Shown piece after piece: positions 46,511-55,270 of a DNA stretch of 64,000 nucleotides (positions within the stretch are counted from its first letter, which is position 1; each line of letters opens with the position of its first letter). The notes under the pieces were generated by a model, which saw only the letters and a list, made by a program, of their open reading frames with translations, had not been told where the DNA came from and made no database searches. The stretch comes from a candidate division WWE3 bacterium UBA1401 (GTDB lineage: Bacteria; Patescibacteriota; WWE3; UBA101185; UBA10185). The position numbers and the translations under genes are program-made. The stretch spans positions 65,338 to 129,337 of the forward strand of contig DBQF01000003.1 of the NCBI GenBank assembly GCA_002305115.1, in the 5' to 3' direction.

Positions 46511-47105
46511 TGTATTAGTGCCGGTTGTTATTGAAAAAGAACCCGGTGGCTACGAAAGATCTTACGATATCTACTCCAGACTTCTTAAAGATAATATTGT
46601 ATTTGTAACCGGCCCAATTGATATGGCCATGGCAAATACATTTGTCGCACAACTCTTATTCCTGGAAAACCAGGATGAAAACAAAGACATCAATATCTAT
46701 ATAAACTCACCCGGTGGGGAAGTTTATGCAGGTAGAGCAATGTTCGATACCATGCAGCACGTTAAAAACGACGTGGTAACTATTAACGTCGGCTTGGCGG
46801 CATCTGCCGCAGCTATGATCCTTGCAGGTGGAACAAAAGGGAAGAGGTTTACACTTCCCGGGGCATATTCTTTAATTCACCAGGTTCTTGGTGGTGTGGA
46901 AGGTCAGGCAACAGATGTTGAAATTACCGCCCGCCATATGATAGAACTTAAAAATCAGTATGCAAAGATTTTAGCTGAACGAACAGGACAAGAGCTTGAA
47001 ACTGTAAAGAAGGATATTGAAAGGGATAAGTGGATGAGCGCACAAGAGTCTCTGGATTATGGTATTGTAGACAAGATTATGGAACCTAAGGCTAAACAAG
47101 CCTAA
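46503..47105 (+). CDS. clpP: ATP-dependent Clp protease proteolytic subunit
   Basis: It contains YINSPGG, GLAASAAAMIL (Ser) and LIHQ (His). The start at MNNVLVP overlaps tig by 8 nt. Confidence 0.93.
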   Translation: MNNVLVPVVIEKEPGGYERSYDIYSRLLKDNIVFVTGPIDMAMANTFVAQLLFLENQDENKDINIYINSPGGEVYAGRAMFDTMQHVKNDVVTINVGLAASAAAMILAGGTKGKRFTLPGAYSLIHQVLGGVEGQATDVEITARHMIELKNQYAKILAERTGQELETVKKDIERDKWMSAQESLDYGIVDKIMEPKAKQA

Positions 47106-47115
47106 GGTATAACTT

Positions 47116-47137
47116 CCATGGCCCTTTTGGGCCATGG
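47116..47137 (+). terminator. GC-rich hairpin after clpP
   Basis: The hairpin is ccatggccc-tttt-gggccatgg. No trailing T-run follows. Confidence 0.45.
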
Positions 47138-47146
47138 GAGACTTAG

Positions 47147-47221
47147 GGGCTCCTAGCTCCCTTCTGCGTCCGCCTACGCCAAAAGGCTTCGGCGGACTAC
47201 GCAGGGCAAGCAGTTGGTTAG
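47147..47221 (+). pseudogene. tRNA-Val 5'-fragment (13 + 11 nt identical to the real gene) split by a 51-nt GC-rich hairpin
   Basis: gggctcctagctc (47147-47159) and cagttggttag (47211-47221) match tRNA-Val positions 1-13 and 13-23. Confidence 0.5.
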
Positions 47222-47264
47222 TGACTTAAAAAGCTGTACAAAAGTGTGCTTTGAAGATAATTTT

Positions 47265-47341
47265 GGGCTCCTAGCTCAGTTGGTTAGAGCGTCGCAGTGA
47301 CATTGCGGAGGTCACAGGTTCGAGACCTGTGGAGCCCACCA
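47265..47341 (+). tRNA. tRNA-Val(GAC), CCA encoded
   Basis: Acceptor gggctcc/ggagccc and anticodon loop gtGACat. Confidence 0.9.
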
Positions 47342-47405
47342 CGCTAAGCGTGGTGGAGGCTCGCTAAGCGAGCCCACCAGAAAAGTTCCCTGCAGGCAGA
47401 TGCCC

Positions 47406-48866
47406 TTACCTCCCCCGCAGCACCACATTCAGCGGGACACCAAAACGGGTCACCTCAAACACAGTCTTACCAGAAAACCCTTCCTTCCTTAAATTATCCC
47501 AATCACACACCACAAAATCCGCCTCACTAGAGGATCCTACCATCTCAAATTTGCCTTCCGAATAATACTGCATAGCAGCAGGTACATTGCAGGCATATAC
47601 CTTAGAAAAAGGCTGAGTCCTCAACCATTCGGCTGCTTCTTTATAACTTGCTCCCCAATAATCCAGCTCATAAACATCACTTGCACCCTTAAGCCCCCCA
47701 ACCAACTCGTTAAAGTACACATACTGATACGGATGCAGCCGGATTACTGCACAGCAAACCAACACAAAGTTAAGAAGCGCAAAAGCAAGAACAGGCAGCC
47801 GAAACTTGCTCTTTATACTAAAAAGTTCTGCAAAAAAAAGCGTTGCGGCAAAAACAATAACAGGTAGTAGATACAAAAAATGTCTTAACCCATTATAAAT
47901 AACGGGATCTAGCGCAAAATAGAGCCCAAAATTCACAACAACACATAACCAAAGCAATTGCAAAAATCTAGATACTTTAGCGTAGTAACTACTTAGCAAA
48001 AAGCCCACCAAAACATAAAGAGGTGTAGTAATAATAAGCCATAACGGTAAATAACTTAACGGCCGGTCATACTTCGTGAGAAAACTACCCATAAACAAAA
48101 TTGTATTATCCCAAGCACCAAACCTTTGGGCATTGTAAATTAATTCCAATGCATTTCTAACCACATTCGCTCCCACATATGGAAAAGTCAACACAGTAGC
48201 AAACCCGGAAACACAAGCCACAATAATAACATCCACCAACTTCTGGCCTAAATTTTTATTTTGCAATAGTTCAAAAAGCAAAAAGATAAGTAGTAAAGAC
48301 GCGCCAATAATGCGCAAGCTTTGGGTAAGCCCAAACAATACACCTAATACCAAATACTTGGCAGGAGTTTTTTTAGTGGAAAAAAGATAAATCGCTGCCA
48401 AGGAGATGAAGTATAAAACCGCAAATGGCATATCTTTAGGATTAGCCGGCACATGCCCCAGCCAGCGAGGCGTGGTAAATAGCATAACTACAGCCAAGAT
48501 CGCAAAGCATACTTTCCCTGATAAATGGTAAGCGAGATAGTAAAAACAAGCAAAAAGAATAAATCCAAAGGCCATATTAAGCAGGTGATACCATTCGTAA
48601 TAATTCTTACCATTCACTACTGAAAGCGCTGCACTATAAATTCTATTGTGTTTATCCAGTAGGGGAGAGTCTTGGGCAGCTGTAACTTCCCGTTCCAAAA
48701 CATCTTCATAGAAGGGAGTTCTGAAATAAGTAGCCCAAATACAACCTTTTCGATAATTCAATTCTTCGTCTGCCGTAATACCGTAATCTTTGTAAGTACT
48801 AAGCGCAAATAAGGTATACAGACTTGCAATAAGCAGGAAAACAAGATGCACATAGTGTTTTCTCAT
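47406..48866 (-). CDS. GT-C fold glycosyltransferase. It is a paralogue of 50392..51909.
   Basis: It contains YGITADEELNY after TM1, NPKDMPFA, VIYNGLRHFLYL and LHPYQYVYFNEL..LDYWGASYKEAAEWLR. I prefer the start at MRKHYV (48866). Confidence 0.7.
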   Translation of the reverse strand: MRKHYVHLVFLLIASLYTLFALSTYKDYGITADEELNYRKGCIWATYFRTPFYEDVLEREVTAAQDSPLLDKHNRIYSAALSVVNGKNYYEWYHLLNMAFGFILFACFYYLAYHLSGKVCFAILAVVMLFTTPRWLGHVPANPKDMPFAVLYFISLAAIYLFSTKKTPAKYLVLGVLFGLTQSLRIIGASLLLIFLLFELLQNKNLGQKLVDVIIVACVSGFATVLTFPYVGANVVRNALELIYNAQRFGAWDNTILFMGSFLTKYDRPLSYLPLWLIITTPLYVLVGFLLSSYYAKVSRFLQLLWLCVVVNFGLYFALDPVIYNGLRHFLYLLPVIVFAATLFFAELFSIKSKFRLPVLAFALLNFVLVCCAVIRLHPYQYVYFNELVGGLKGASDVYELDYWGASYKEAAEWLRTQPFSKVYACNVPAAMQYYSEGKFEMVGSSSEADFVVCDWDNLRKEGFSGKTVFEVTRFGVPLNVVLRGR

Positions 48867-48867
48867 A

Positions 48868-48880
48868 TATAATGATTGTA
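48868..48880. promoter_or_regulatory. Back-to-back -10 boxes (TATAAT on plus at 48868-73, TACAAT on minus at 48875-80)
   Basis: Each box lies 8 nt upstream of the ATG of its divergent gene. Confidence 0.5.
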
Positions 48881-48881
48881 C

Positions 48882-50408
48882 ATGCAAAAAATCAAGAAAA
48901 AAACCTGGGGCATACTTACTGCACTTTGCTTGTTCGCACTAATGCTTCAGCTAACTAAACACGTTACATTCATGCAAAACGATGATTGGTACTACTACAG
49001 GGAAGTTACAAAGTTTCTAGCCGGAGACTTTGTTCTAGACAAAGATATAGCACCCACCTTTTACTTACAGGGAATAATGGCAATGCCTTTCGCTAAAGCT
49101 CTTGGTATAAGCAAACTTCCGGTGCTAACTCTGGCAGTGGCAGTATTGAATTTTTATTTACTCTACATAATCTTAGTGGAACCCTACAAAAAAGGGGTTG
49201 TTCAAGCGCTTTTGGTTGCATTACTGTTCTTTGTTACACCTCTGAATATTTATACGGTACTGGGGTTTATGACCGAACAATATTTTTTACTTTTTATGCT
49301 TTTGGCCATCTACTGCTTTAGGCAATATGATCAAACGCAAAGTACCAAGTGGCTGGGCGGGTTTCTGCTGGCTGTAATAGCCAGTTTTTTTGTTAGGCAA
49401 ATTGGCTTGTTACTACCAATAACTGCCGGCATGTACTGGCTGATTAAGAAGCAATATACGCACGCACTTAAAGCGCTTGCAGTAACACTAGTTTTGGGGC
49501 TATTCTATGCATTTATCTTCCCCAAAACTCCAGAAATGCAAGGCAAAACTTTGGACTTTACTAACCTTACAAAGTTTGATTACAGCTATGCGATTATTTA
49601 TGGCTCGTTAGTCTATCTTGCTGCGGTTACTTTGCCGCTAGTAGCCATCTTTATGTCCAAAAGCCTAAACCGGAAACTTTTGGTAACTATTGCGGTGGCT
49701 GTTGGTCTATACTTTGCACTCCAACAACCGTTTAAACCTATGACAGTTTCGTGGGGGGAATTTCCGTATTTCGAAAACACCTGGGAAAGAACGGGCTTTA
49801 TGGCCAGGGAAATTCACGGTACAAAGTATCAATTTAAGGGCATTTATGACTTGTATTTGCACTGGGATACTTTGGCGAAAATTGGCGTTGCACTTCTTCT
49901 GGCAAGCTTACTGTTTTCCGGAAAGCTAAAACATAACCTATTTTGTATACTATTTAGCACAGGTTATCTGGGCATTATGCTTTTAACACACACTTTTTAC
50001 GATAGATATGTGTTAATTCTAGTCCCCATCTTCTTGATGCTACTAGCAGGCTCTATCAACTTGGGACTATTCGGAAAACTCACACTGATGGCATTCACCG
50101 GCTTTATTGCTTTTTATTCATATACACTGGCAACTGACTATGTACTTGCAGAAGCCTACGTATGGAACAAAGCTACACAATTAACAAACCAGCAAGCATT
50201 AGCTCCAAAAACGATTTTTGCCACCGGTGCCTGGCAAGAACAACATGGCACAGCAGGACCGGAAACAAAGTTTATTTTTAGCTATGATTCACCTCACATC
50301 AATCAGGACCAATTGGCTAACTACAAACTAAAAGAACAAAAGGCTATCGACTATCCATTTAATATCCATATTAATCCGGCTATCTATTTATATGAAAAAA
50401 CTAATTAG
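48882..50408 (+). CDS. GT-C fold glycosyltransferase (ArnT-like)
   Basis: It is polytopic, with MQNDDWYYYRE after TM1. I prefer ATG 48882 to TTG 48876. Confidence 0.6.
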   Translation: MQKIKKKTWGILTALCLFALMLQLTKHVTFMQNDDWYYYREVTKFLAGDFVLDKDIAPTFYLQGIMAMPFAKALGISKLPVLTLAVAVLNFYLLYIILVEPYKKGVVQALLVALLFFVTPLNIYTVLGFMTEQYFLLFMLLAIYCFRQYDQTQSTKWLGGFLLAVIASFFVRQIGLLLPITAGMYWLIKKQYTHALKALAVTLVLGLFYAFIFPKTPEMQGKTLDFTNLTKFDYSYAIIYGSLVYLAAVTLPLVAIFMSKSLNRKLLVTIAVAVGLYFALQQPFKPMTVSWGEFPYFENTWERTGFMAREIHGTKYQFKGIYDLYLHWDTLAKIGVALLLASLLFSGKLKHNLFCILFSTGYLGIMLLTHTFYDRYVLILVPIFLMLLAGSINLGLFGKLTLMAFTGFIAFYSYTLATDYVLAEAYVWNKATQLTNQQALAPKTIFATGAWQEQHGTAGPETKFIFSYDSPHINQDQLANYKLKEQKAIDYPFNIHINPAIYLYEKTN

Positions 50409-51909
50409 CAACCACAGGCTATTTATTTTCTTTGCAGTTAGCTATTTGGTAGTTGGCTTACTAACATATAAAGACTTTGGCCCCACATTCGACGAAGTCA
50501 CCGAGTACACAGCCGGATCTTACCTATATAAATATTACGTAACACCTACCAGCCAAGCCTCAGTACAAGCTTTATTTACCGAAAAACCGGAAGATGTTGA
50601 AACAAGGCATCTGCCCTTATTCAGCGTTTACTCCAGGATCTACCCAATGCTGCTTAGTCTGGCTAATCCCCAAGGCTATTTCGAGTGGTATCACTTAAGT
50701 AATATATTCTTTGGCTTTGGGCTATTTGTATTCGCGTACCTTTTGTTATTGGAAGCAACAGGTAATCCGAAAAAGGCTATTCTGGGACCAATAGCTTTAG
50801 TGCTTACGCCATACCTAACGGGACATATTCCAGGAAATCCAAAAGACATTCCTTTTGCTACTGCTTATCTGGCAAGTATGTATATAATCTACTTACTATG
50901 CAAGCGAAATAGTGACACAAGGGCTAGAGTACTAGCTTTGGGCATAACGTTTGGTGTTACGATGGCACTAAGGGCAGTAGGAATTACTTTACTGGGTATT
51001 TACACAATCTACGCTCTGGCACAACACAAACTTAAACTAAAGGACTGTGTACTGGAAACTATACTTATTGCTATAGTAGCTATTTTAGTCTGGGCAATAT
51101 TACTGCCTTTTATTGGTGCAAATCTGCCAACTAATCTGGTTGAAGTTATATTTAACGCGGCCAATTACAGTGAATGGAACGGCATTATTTACTATTTGGG
51201 AGAATATTTGAGCAAAGAACAAAGGCCCTGGCACTACTTGTTTATATTGATGGCAGTAAAATTACCTATAGCTACTTTAGCTTTATTCGCAGGAAAAATA
51301 GCCAGCGTATTTAAAAAGCCAAAAGTACGAGACATAAATCTACTCCTATTGCTGGCAATCTCCACAAATCTAGCACTCTACTTGGTGACTAAACCTGTGA
51401 TTTACAACGGAGCTAGACATTTCTTATATTTGATTGTACTGATTACGCTAGTTGCGACACTACAGCTAGTGGCTCTCCAGCACAAAGCTTTGGTAGGAAT
51501 TATTATTGTTTATGGCATTTTTACTATGTACAGAATGGTAAAGTTGCACCCATACGAATACGTGTACTTCAATGAACTTACTTTTGGATTGAGCAATGCG
51601 CAACACTTGTTTCAATTGGATTACTGGGGAGCTTCATATAAAGAGGCAGCTGAGTATATTAGAGATTATGCAAGAACTAATAAGCTAGAACACCTAAAAA
51701 TATTTACCTGCGATAACCCATTTGCTGTTGTTTATTACTCCGAATTTGCATTTGACTTAGTTGGCAGTCCAAAAGAGGCTAATCTGCTAATCTGCGATAC
51801 TTTCAGAGACGCTATAAGAAACTTTGACAATAGGTATCCGATTTTTCACACTATTAACCGTGAACATACACCTTTAACATACATCAGGCTTAGACAAGCA
51901 TGGGATTAG
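50392..51909 (+). CDS. GT-C fold glycosyltransferase. It is a paralogue of 47406..48866.
   Basis: It contains FGPTFDEVTEY, NPKDIPFA, VIYNGARHFLYL and LHPYEYVYFNEL..LDYWGASYKEAAEYIR. Confidence 0.7.
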   Translation: MKKLISNHRLFIFFAVSYLVVGLLTYKDFGPTFDEVTEYTAGSYLYKYYVTPTSQASVQALFTEKPEDVETRHLPLFSVYSRIYPMLLSLANPQGYFEWYHLSNIFFGFGLFVFAYLLLLEATGNPKKAILGPIALVLTPYLTGHIPGNPKDIPFATAYLASMYIIYLLCKRNSDTRARVLALGITFGVTMALRAVGITLLGIYTIYALAQHKLKLKDCVLETILIAIVAILVWAILLPFIGANLPTNLVEVIFNAANYSEWNGIIYYLGEYLSKEQRPWHYLFILMAVKLPIATLALFAGKIASVFKKPKVRDINLLLLLAISTNLALYLVTKPVIYNGARHFLYLIVLITLVATLQLVALQHKALVGIIIVYGIFTMYRMVKLHPYEYVYFNELTFGLSNAQHLFQLDYWGASYKEAAEYIRDYARTNKLEHLKIFTCDNPFAVVYYSEFAFDLVGSPKEANLLICDTFRDAIRNFDNRYPIFHTINREHTPLTYIRLRQAWD

Positions 51910-51927
51910 CTGTGCTAGAATAAAGTA

Positions 51928-52734
51928 GTGAGGAGTACAGCCCATATCATCAAATACACCATAATTAGTGCATTCCTGGTATTACTTTCTACATTACTAT
52001 CCTTGAACCTCGTAAATTATGTATTGGCACAGGATTATTTCACCCCACCTGCTACAGTAGTTGCAAAGATAACAGCCCTTTTACTCGGGATTGCTTATGC
52101 TAATGCTTTAACAGTAGGTGCTTGGGGTAAATGGGAACACTATGTATTCTTTCCGGGAAGTATTGCTGCTGGTGTTTATCTAGTATTAGTAAATGTTAAC
52201 CAAACACACGCAGTAAATTTTGCCGCGTTAACATTATGCATTTTGTTATACCAAACTATAAAGGCTACTGCCCTAAAAGGGCTGTTTGTCAAATTCCAGC
52301 CGCGCTTTGTTTACAAATCATCAACCAAAGGTATCTTTTTGGTGTTCTCACTATTAGCAGCCTCTACTATCTTGATTAGCCCACAAGCAGAAGCCCCGAT
52401 AGACTTGGGTCAGAAAATCGCAGAAACTACTGTTAAACAGGCCATAAATTTAACCGAAGCAGATATTTCGCTAAAAACACTCTTGCAAGATAGTATTATT
52501 GGGCTTAACATGCAGAATCAGATCAGAGACCAAGTAAATTCCTTATTACAACCCTACAGAAGTTTCTTAACCCCATTAATTGCGGTAGCAGTGTTTTCTC
52601 TAGTTCAAGCGTTAGGAGTACTGGTCTACCTGGTGTTTAGTATTACAATTAGTGCCTTTTTATGGATAATGCGCAAATCAGGAATATTAAAAGTGGAATA
52701 CCAAACTACTCAACAAGAGATTCTATCGTTCTAG
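51928..52734 (+). CDS. Polytopic membrane protein, unknown function
   Basis: It has a GTG start 6 nt after TGcTAGAAT and about 6 TM segments. Confidence 0.5.
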   Translation: MRSTAHIIKYTIISAFLVLLSTLLSLNLVNYVLAQDYFTPPATVVAKITALLLGIAYANALTVGAWGKWEHYVFFPGSIAAGVYLVLVNVNQTHAVNFAALTLCILLYQTIKATALKGLFVKFQPRFVYKSSTKGIFLVFSLLAASTILISPQAEAPIDLGQKIAETTVKQAINLTEADISLKTLLQDSIIGLNMQNQIRDQVNSLLQPYRSFLTPLIAVAVFSLVQALGVLVYLVFSITISAFLWIMRKSGILKVEYQTTQQEILSF

Positions 52735-53371
52735 CATCTTCTATCTTAAAGTCACCAATTCTAGTGCGCACTAAATGCAAAAGAACTCCCCCCACACCAA
52801 GCTTTTCACCTAAATCGTAAGCAATAGATCTTATGTAAGTACCACTGCTGCACGTTATAGTACAATCTAAAACCAGCAAATTGTGACCGGAGACGGGTTT
52901 CTCGTCAAGGGAATTCACCTGAATATTTTTAACTGTGACCTTCTTGGTGGGTAGCTTATCTAAATTCAGTTTCCCCTTACGGGAAAGTTTATACATTCGC
53001 TTGCCATCGATTTTTTTGGCAGAGTAGGGGGGAACTGTTTGCTCAATCTCACCAACAAAAAAAGGTAACGCATTTTCTACTTGTTGTTTTAGCTCAGTTA
53101 CTGACGATAGTGGATTGAATGAGAGTGAACCTTCTAGATCATAGGTGGGAGAAGTAGCACCAAAACCAATTTCCGCCCTGTATTCTTTTTCCAGTTGCAT
53201 AAAGTCTTGTTGCTTTTTTGTGTCCTGATCAGTAAGAATTATGAGTACGCCTTCAGCCAAAGGGTCTAAGGTACCGGCATGACCAACTTTTTTGGTGTGC
53301 AAGAGGTTGCGCACTTTTGCCACTACGTCAAAACTCGTCCAATCCTTGGGTTTATAAATGTTTATGATCAT
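52706..53371 (-). CDS. truB: tRNA pseudouridine(55) synthase
   Basis: It contains GHAGTLDPLAEGVL. Confidence 0.9.
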   Translation of the reverse strand: MIINIYKPKDWTSFDVVAKVRNLLHTKKVGHAGTLDPLAEGVLIILTDQDTKKQQDFMQLEKEYRAEIGFGATSPTYDLEGSLSFNPLSSVTELKQQVENALPFFVGEIEQTVPPYSAKKIDGKRMYKLSRKGKLNLDKLPTKKVTVKNIQVNSLDEKPVSGHNLLVLDCTITCSSGTYIRSIAYDLGEKLGVGGVLLHLVRTRIGDFKIEDARTIESLVE

Positions 53372-53394
53372 TAAGCCAATGATAGCATAGGATC

Positions 53395-53426
53395 GGAGGT
53401 CGGACCCGGCACCGGGTCCGACCTCC
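53395..53426. promoter_or_regulatory. Two GGTCNGACC cores forming a perfect 15-bp inverted repeat
   Basis: The sequence is ggaggtcggacccgg-ca-ccgggtccgacctcc. Confidence 0.65.
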
Positions 53427-53469
53427 CAACATTGTTAATTGTCAATAAATGCTTTACAATAGGAAAAAC

Positions 53470-55242
53470 ATGTATACAAACGAGGACTTAATAAAACTCA
53501 GGCACTCTACCGAACATGTGGCGCAAACAGCCATCAGAAAAATATTTCCTGATATTAAAAATGTGGTAGGGCCAGCAATAGAGAATGGCTTTTTCTTTGA
53601 CTTTGCAACAAGCGAAAAAATCACACCAGAGTTATTTCCAAGAATAGAAACAGAAATGCAGAAAATAATAGATGCGGATCTACCAATAACCTGCAAAGAA
53701 ATAAGCTATGAAGAAGCTAAACAACTCTTCGTGGATAATCCATACAAGCAAGAAAAAATTGAAGAAATAAAAACCTCTGCAGAACCATTTATAGTTTATG
53801 AAATTGGCACTGCGGAAAGTGAATACTACAACGTAGACTTATGTGCGGGGCCACATCTTGAGAGTACTGGCCAGATAAAGGCATTTAAACTGCTGAGCGT
53901 GGCAGGAGCTTATTACAAAGGCAGCGAAGAAAATGAAATGTTGACCAGAATTTACGGCACCGCTTTTTATTCCAAGGAAGAACTTGATAACTATTTAAGA
54001 CTTTTGGAAGAAGCAAAAGCCAGGGATCACAGAAAATTAGGCGCCGAACTAGACTTATTTGTGTTTTCGGAACTTGTAGGTCCCGGATTACCATTATTTA
54101 CCCCGAAAGGTACAGTTATAAAAGAGGAGCTACAAAAATACGTAGAAAAAATCTGCAGAACTTACGGCTTTGACAAAGTTATCACACCACATTTGGCAAA
54201 AATAGAATTATATGAGCTTTCGGGGCATGCCAAAAAATTCGCAGATGAATTATTCCATGTAACTTCCATCAAAGGCCACGAATTTGTCATGAAACCAGTA
54301 CAATGCCCGCATCAGACTCAAATTTATGCGTCTAGACCAAGATCATATAGAGAATTGCCAATAAGATACATGGAATCGGAAAAACAGTATAGGGCCGAAA
54401 AACCAGGGGAAGTAAGTGGACTTTCCAGAGTTTACGCCATTACAGTAGAAGACGGTCACTCTTTCTGCACTGTTGACCAGGTAAGGGATGAAGTTAAAGG
54501 CATGGTTAACATCATTAAAGAGTTCTACAGCGTACTGGGGTTATGGGGTAACCACTGGGTATCCTTGTCTGTAAGAGATTATAAACACCCGGAAAAATAT
54601 ATTGGTGAACCGGAGGACTGGAATGTATGTGAAAAAATGCTGCAAGAAGTTTCCGACGAAATGGGATTAGATGCCATCAGAAAAGAAGGCGAAGCGGCAC
54701 TCTACGGACCAAAACTAGATTTCATGTTTAAAGACGCATTAGGTAAAGAAATTCAAATTCCCACTGTGCAACTAGACTTTGCAACACCAAAAAGATTTGA
54801 GCTAAACTATATTGACAGTAGCGGTGAGAAACAGTACCCGGTTATGGTGCATCGCGCAATTTTAGGCTCATACGAACGCTTCATGGCACTGATTATTGAA
54901 CACTTTGCCGGGGCATTTCCCGTATGGCTGGCGCCAGTACAAGTGGAAATAATTCCCATTAGCGAAACCCAGATGGAATATGCGCAAGAAGTGAAAAAGA
55001 TTCTTCTAGCAAGTGACCTAAGGGCAGAAATTGACACTAAAGACGCCACCATGCAGTCTAAGATTAGAGATGCACAACTTTTAAAAATTCCTTATATGGT
55101 TATAGTAGGGGATAAAGAAAAGCAAAATAACACTGTAAGTGTAAGATTAAGAGACGGTACGCAGCAAAATAATGTAACTCTTGCTGAATTTGTGGATAGA
55201 ATCAACAATATCTATTTGACCAAAAGCCTAGGTTTATGGTAA
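53470..55242 (+). CDS. thrS: Threonine--tRNA ligase (no N-terminal TGS domain)
   Basis: It contains RHSTEHV, GPAIENGFFFDF, RDHRKLG and a class II core. I start at ATG 53470, downstream of TTGTTA-N17-TACAAT (the track starts at 53449). Confidence 0.92.
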   Translation: MYTNEDLIKLRHSTEHVAQTAIRKIFPDIKNVVGPAIENGFFFDFATSEKITPELFPRIETEMQKIIDADLPITCKEISYEEAKQLFVDNPYKQEKIEEIKTSAEPFIVYEIGTAESEYYNVDLCAGPHLESTGQIKAFKLLSVAGAYYKGSEENEMLTRIYGTAFYSKEELDNYLRLLEEAKARDHRKLGAELDLFVFSELVGPGLPLFTPKGTVIKEELQKYVEKICRTYGFDKVITPHLAKIELYELSGHAKKFADELFHVTSIKGHEFVMKPVQCPHQTQIYASRPRSYRELPIRYMESEKQYRAEKPGEVSGLSRVYAITVEDGHSFCTVDQVRDEVKGMVNIIKEFYSVLGLWGNHWVSLSVRDYKHPEKYIGEPEDWNVCEKMLQEVSDEMGLDAIRKEGEAALYGPKLDFMFKDALGKEIQIPTVQLDFATPKRFELNYIDSSGEKQYPVMVHRAILGSYERFMALIIEHFAGAFPVWLAPVQVEIIPISETQMEYAQEVKKILLASDLRAEIDTKDATMQSKIRDAQLLKIPYMVIVGDKEKQNNTVSVRLRDGTQQNNVTLAEFVDRINNIYLTKSLGLW

Positions 55243-55270
55243 CTTAGTTGAGTTTCGGAGGATAACAGTT

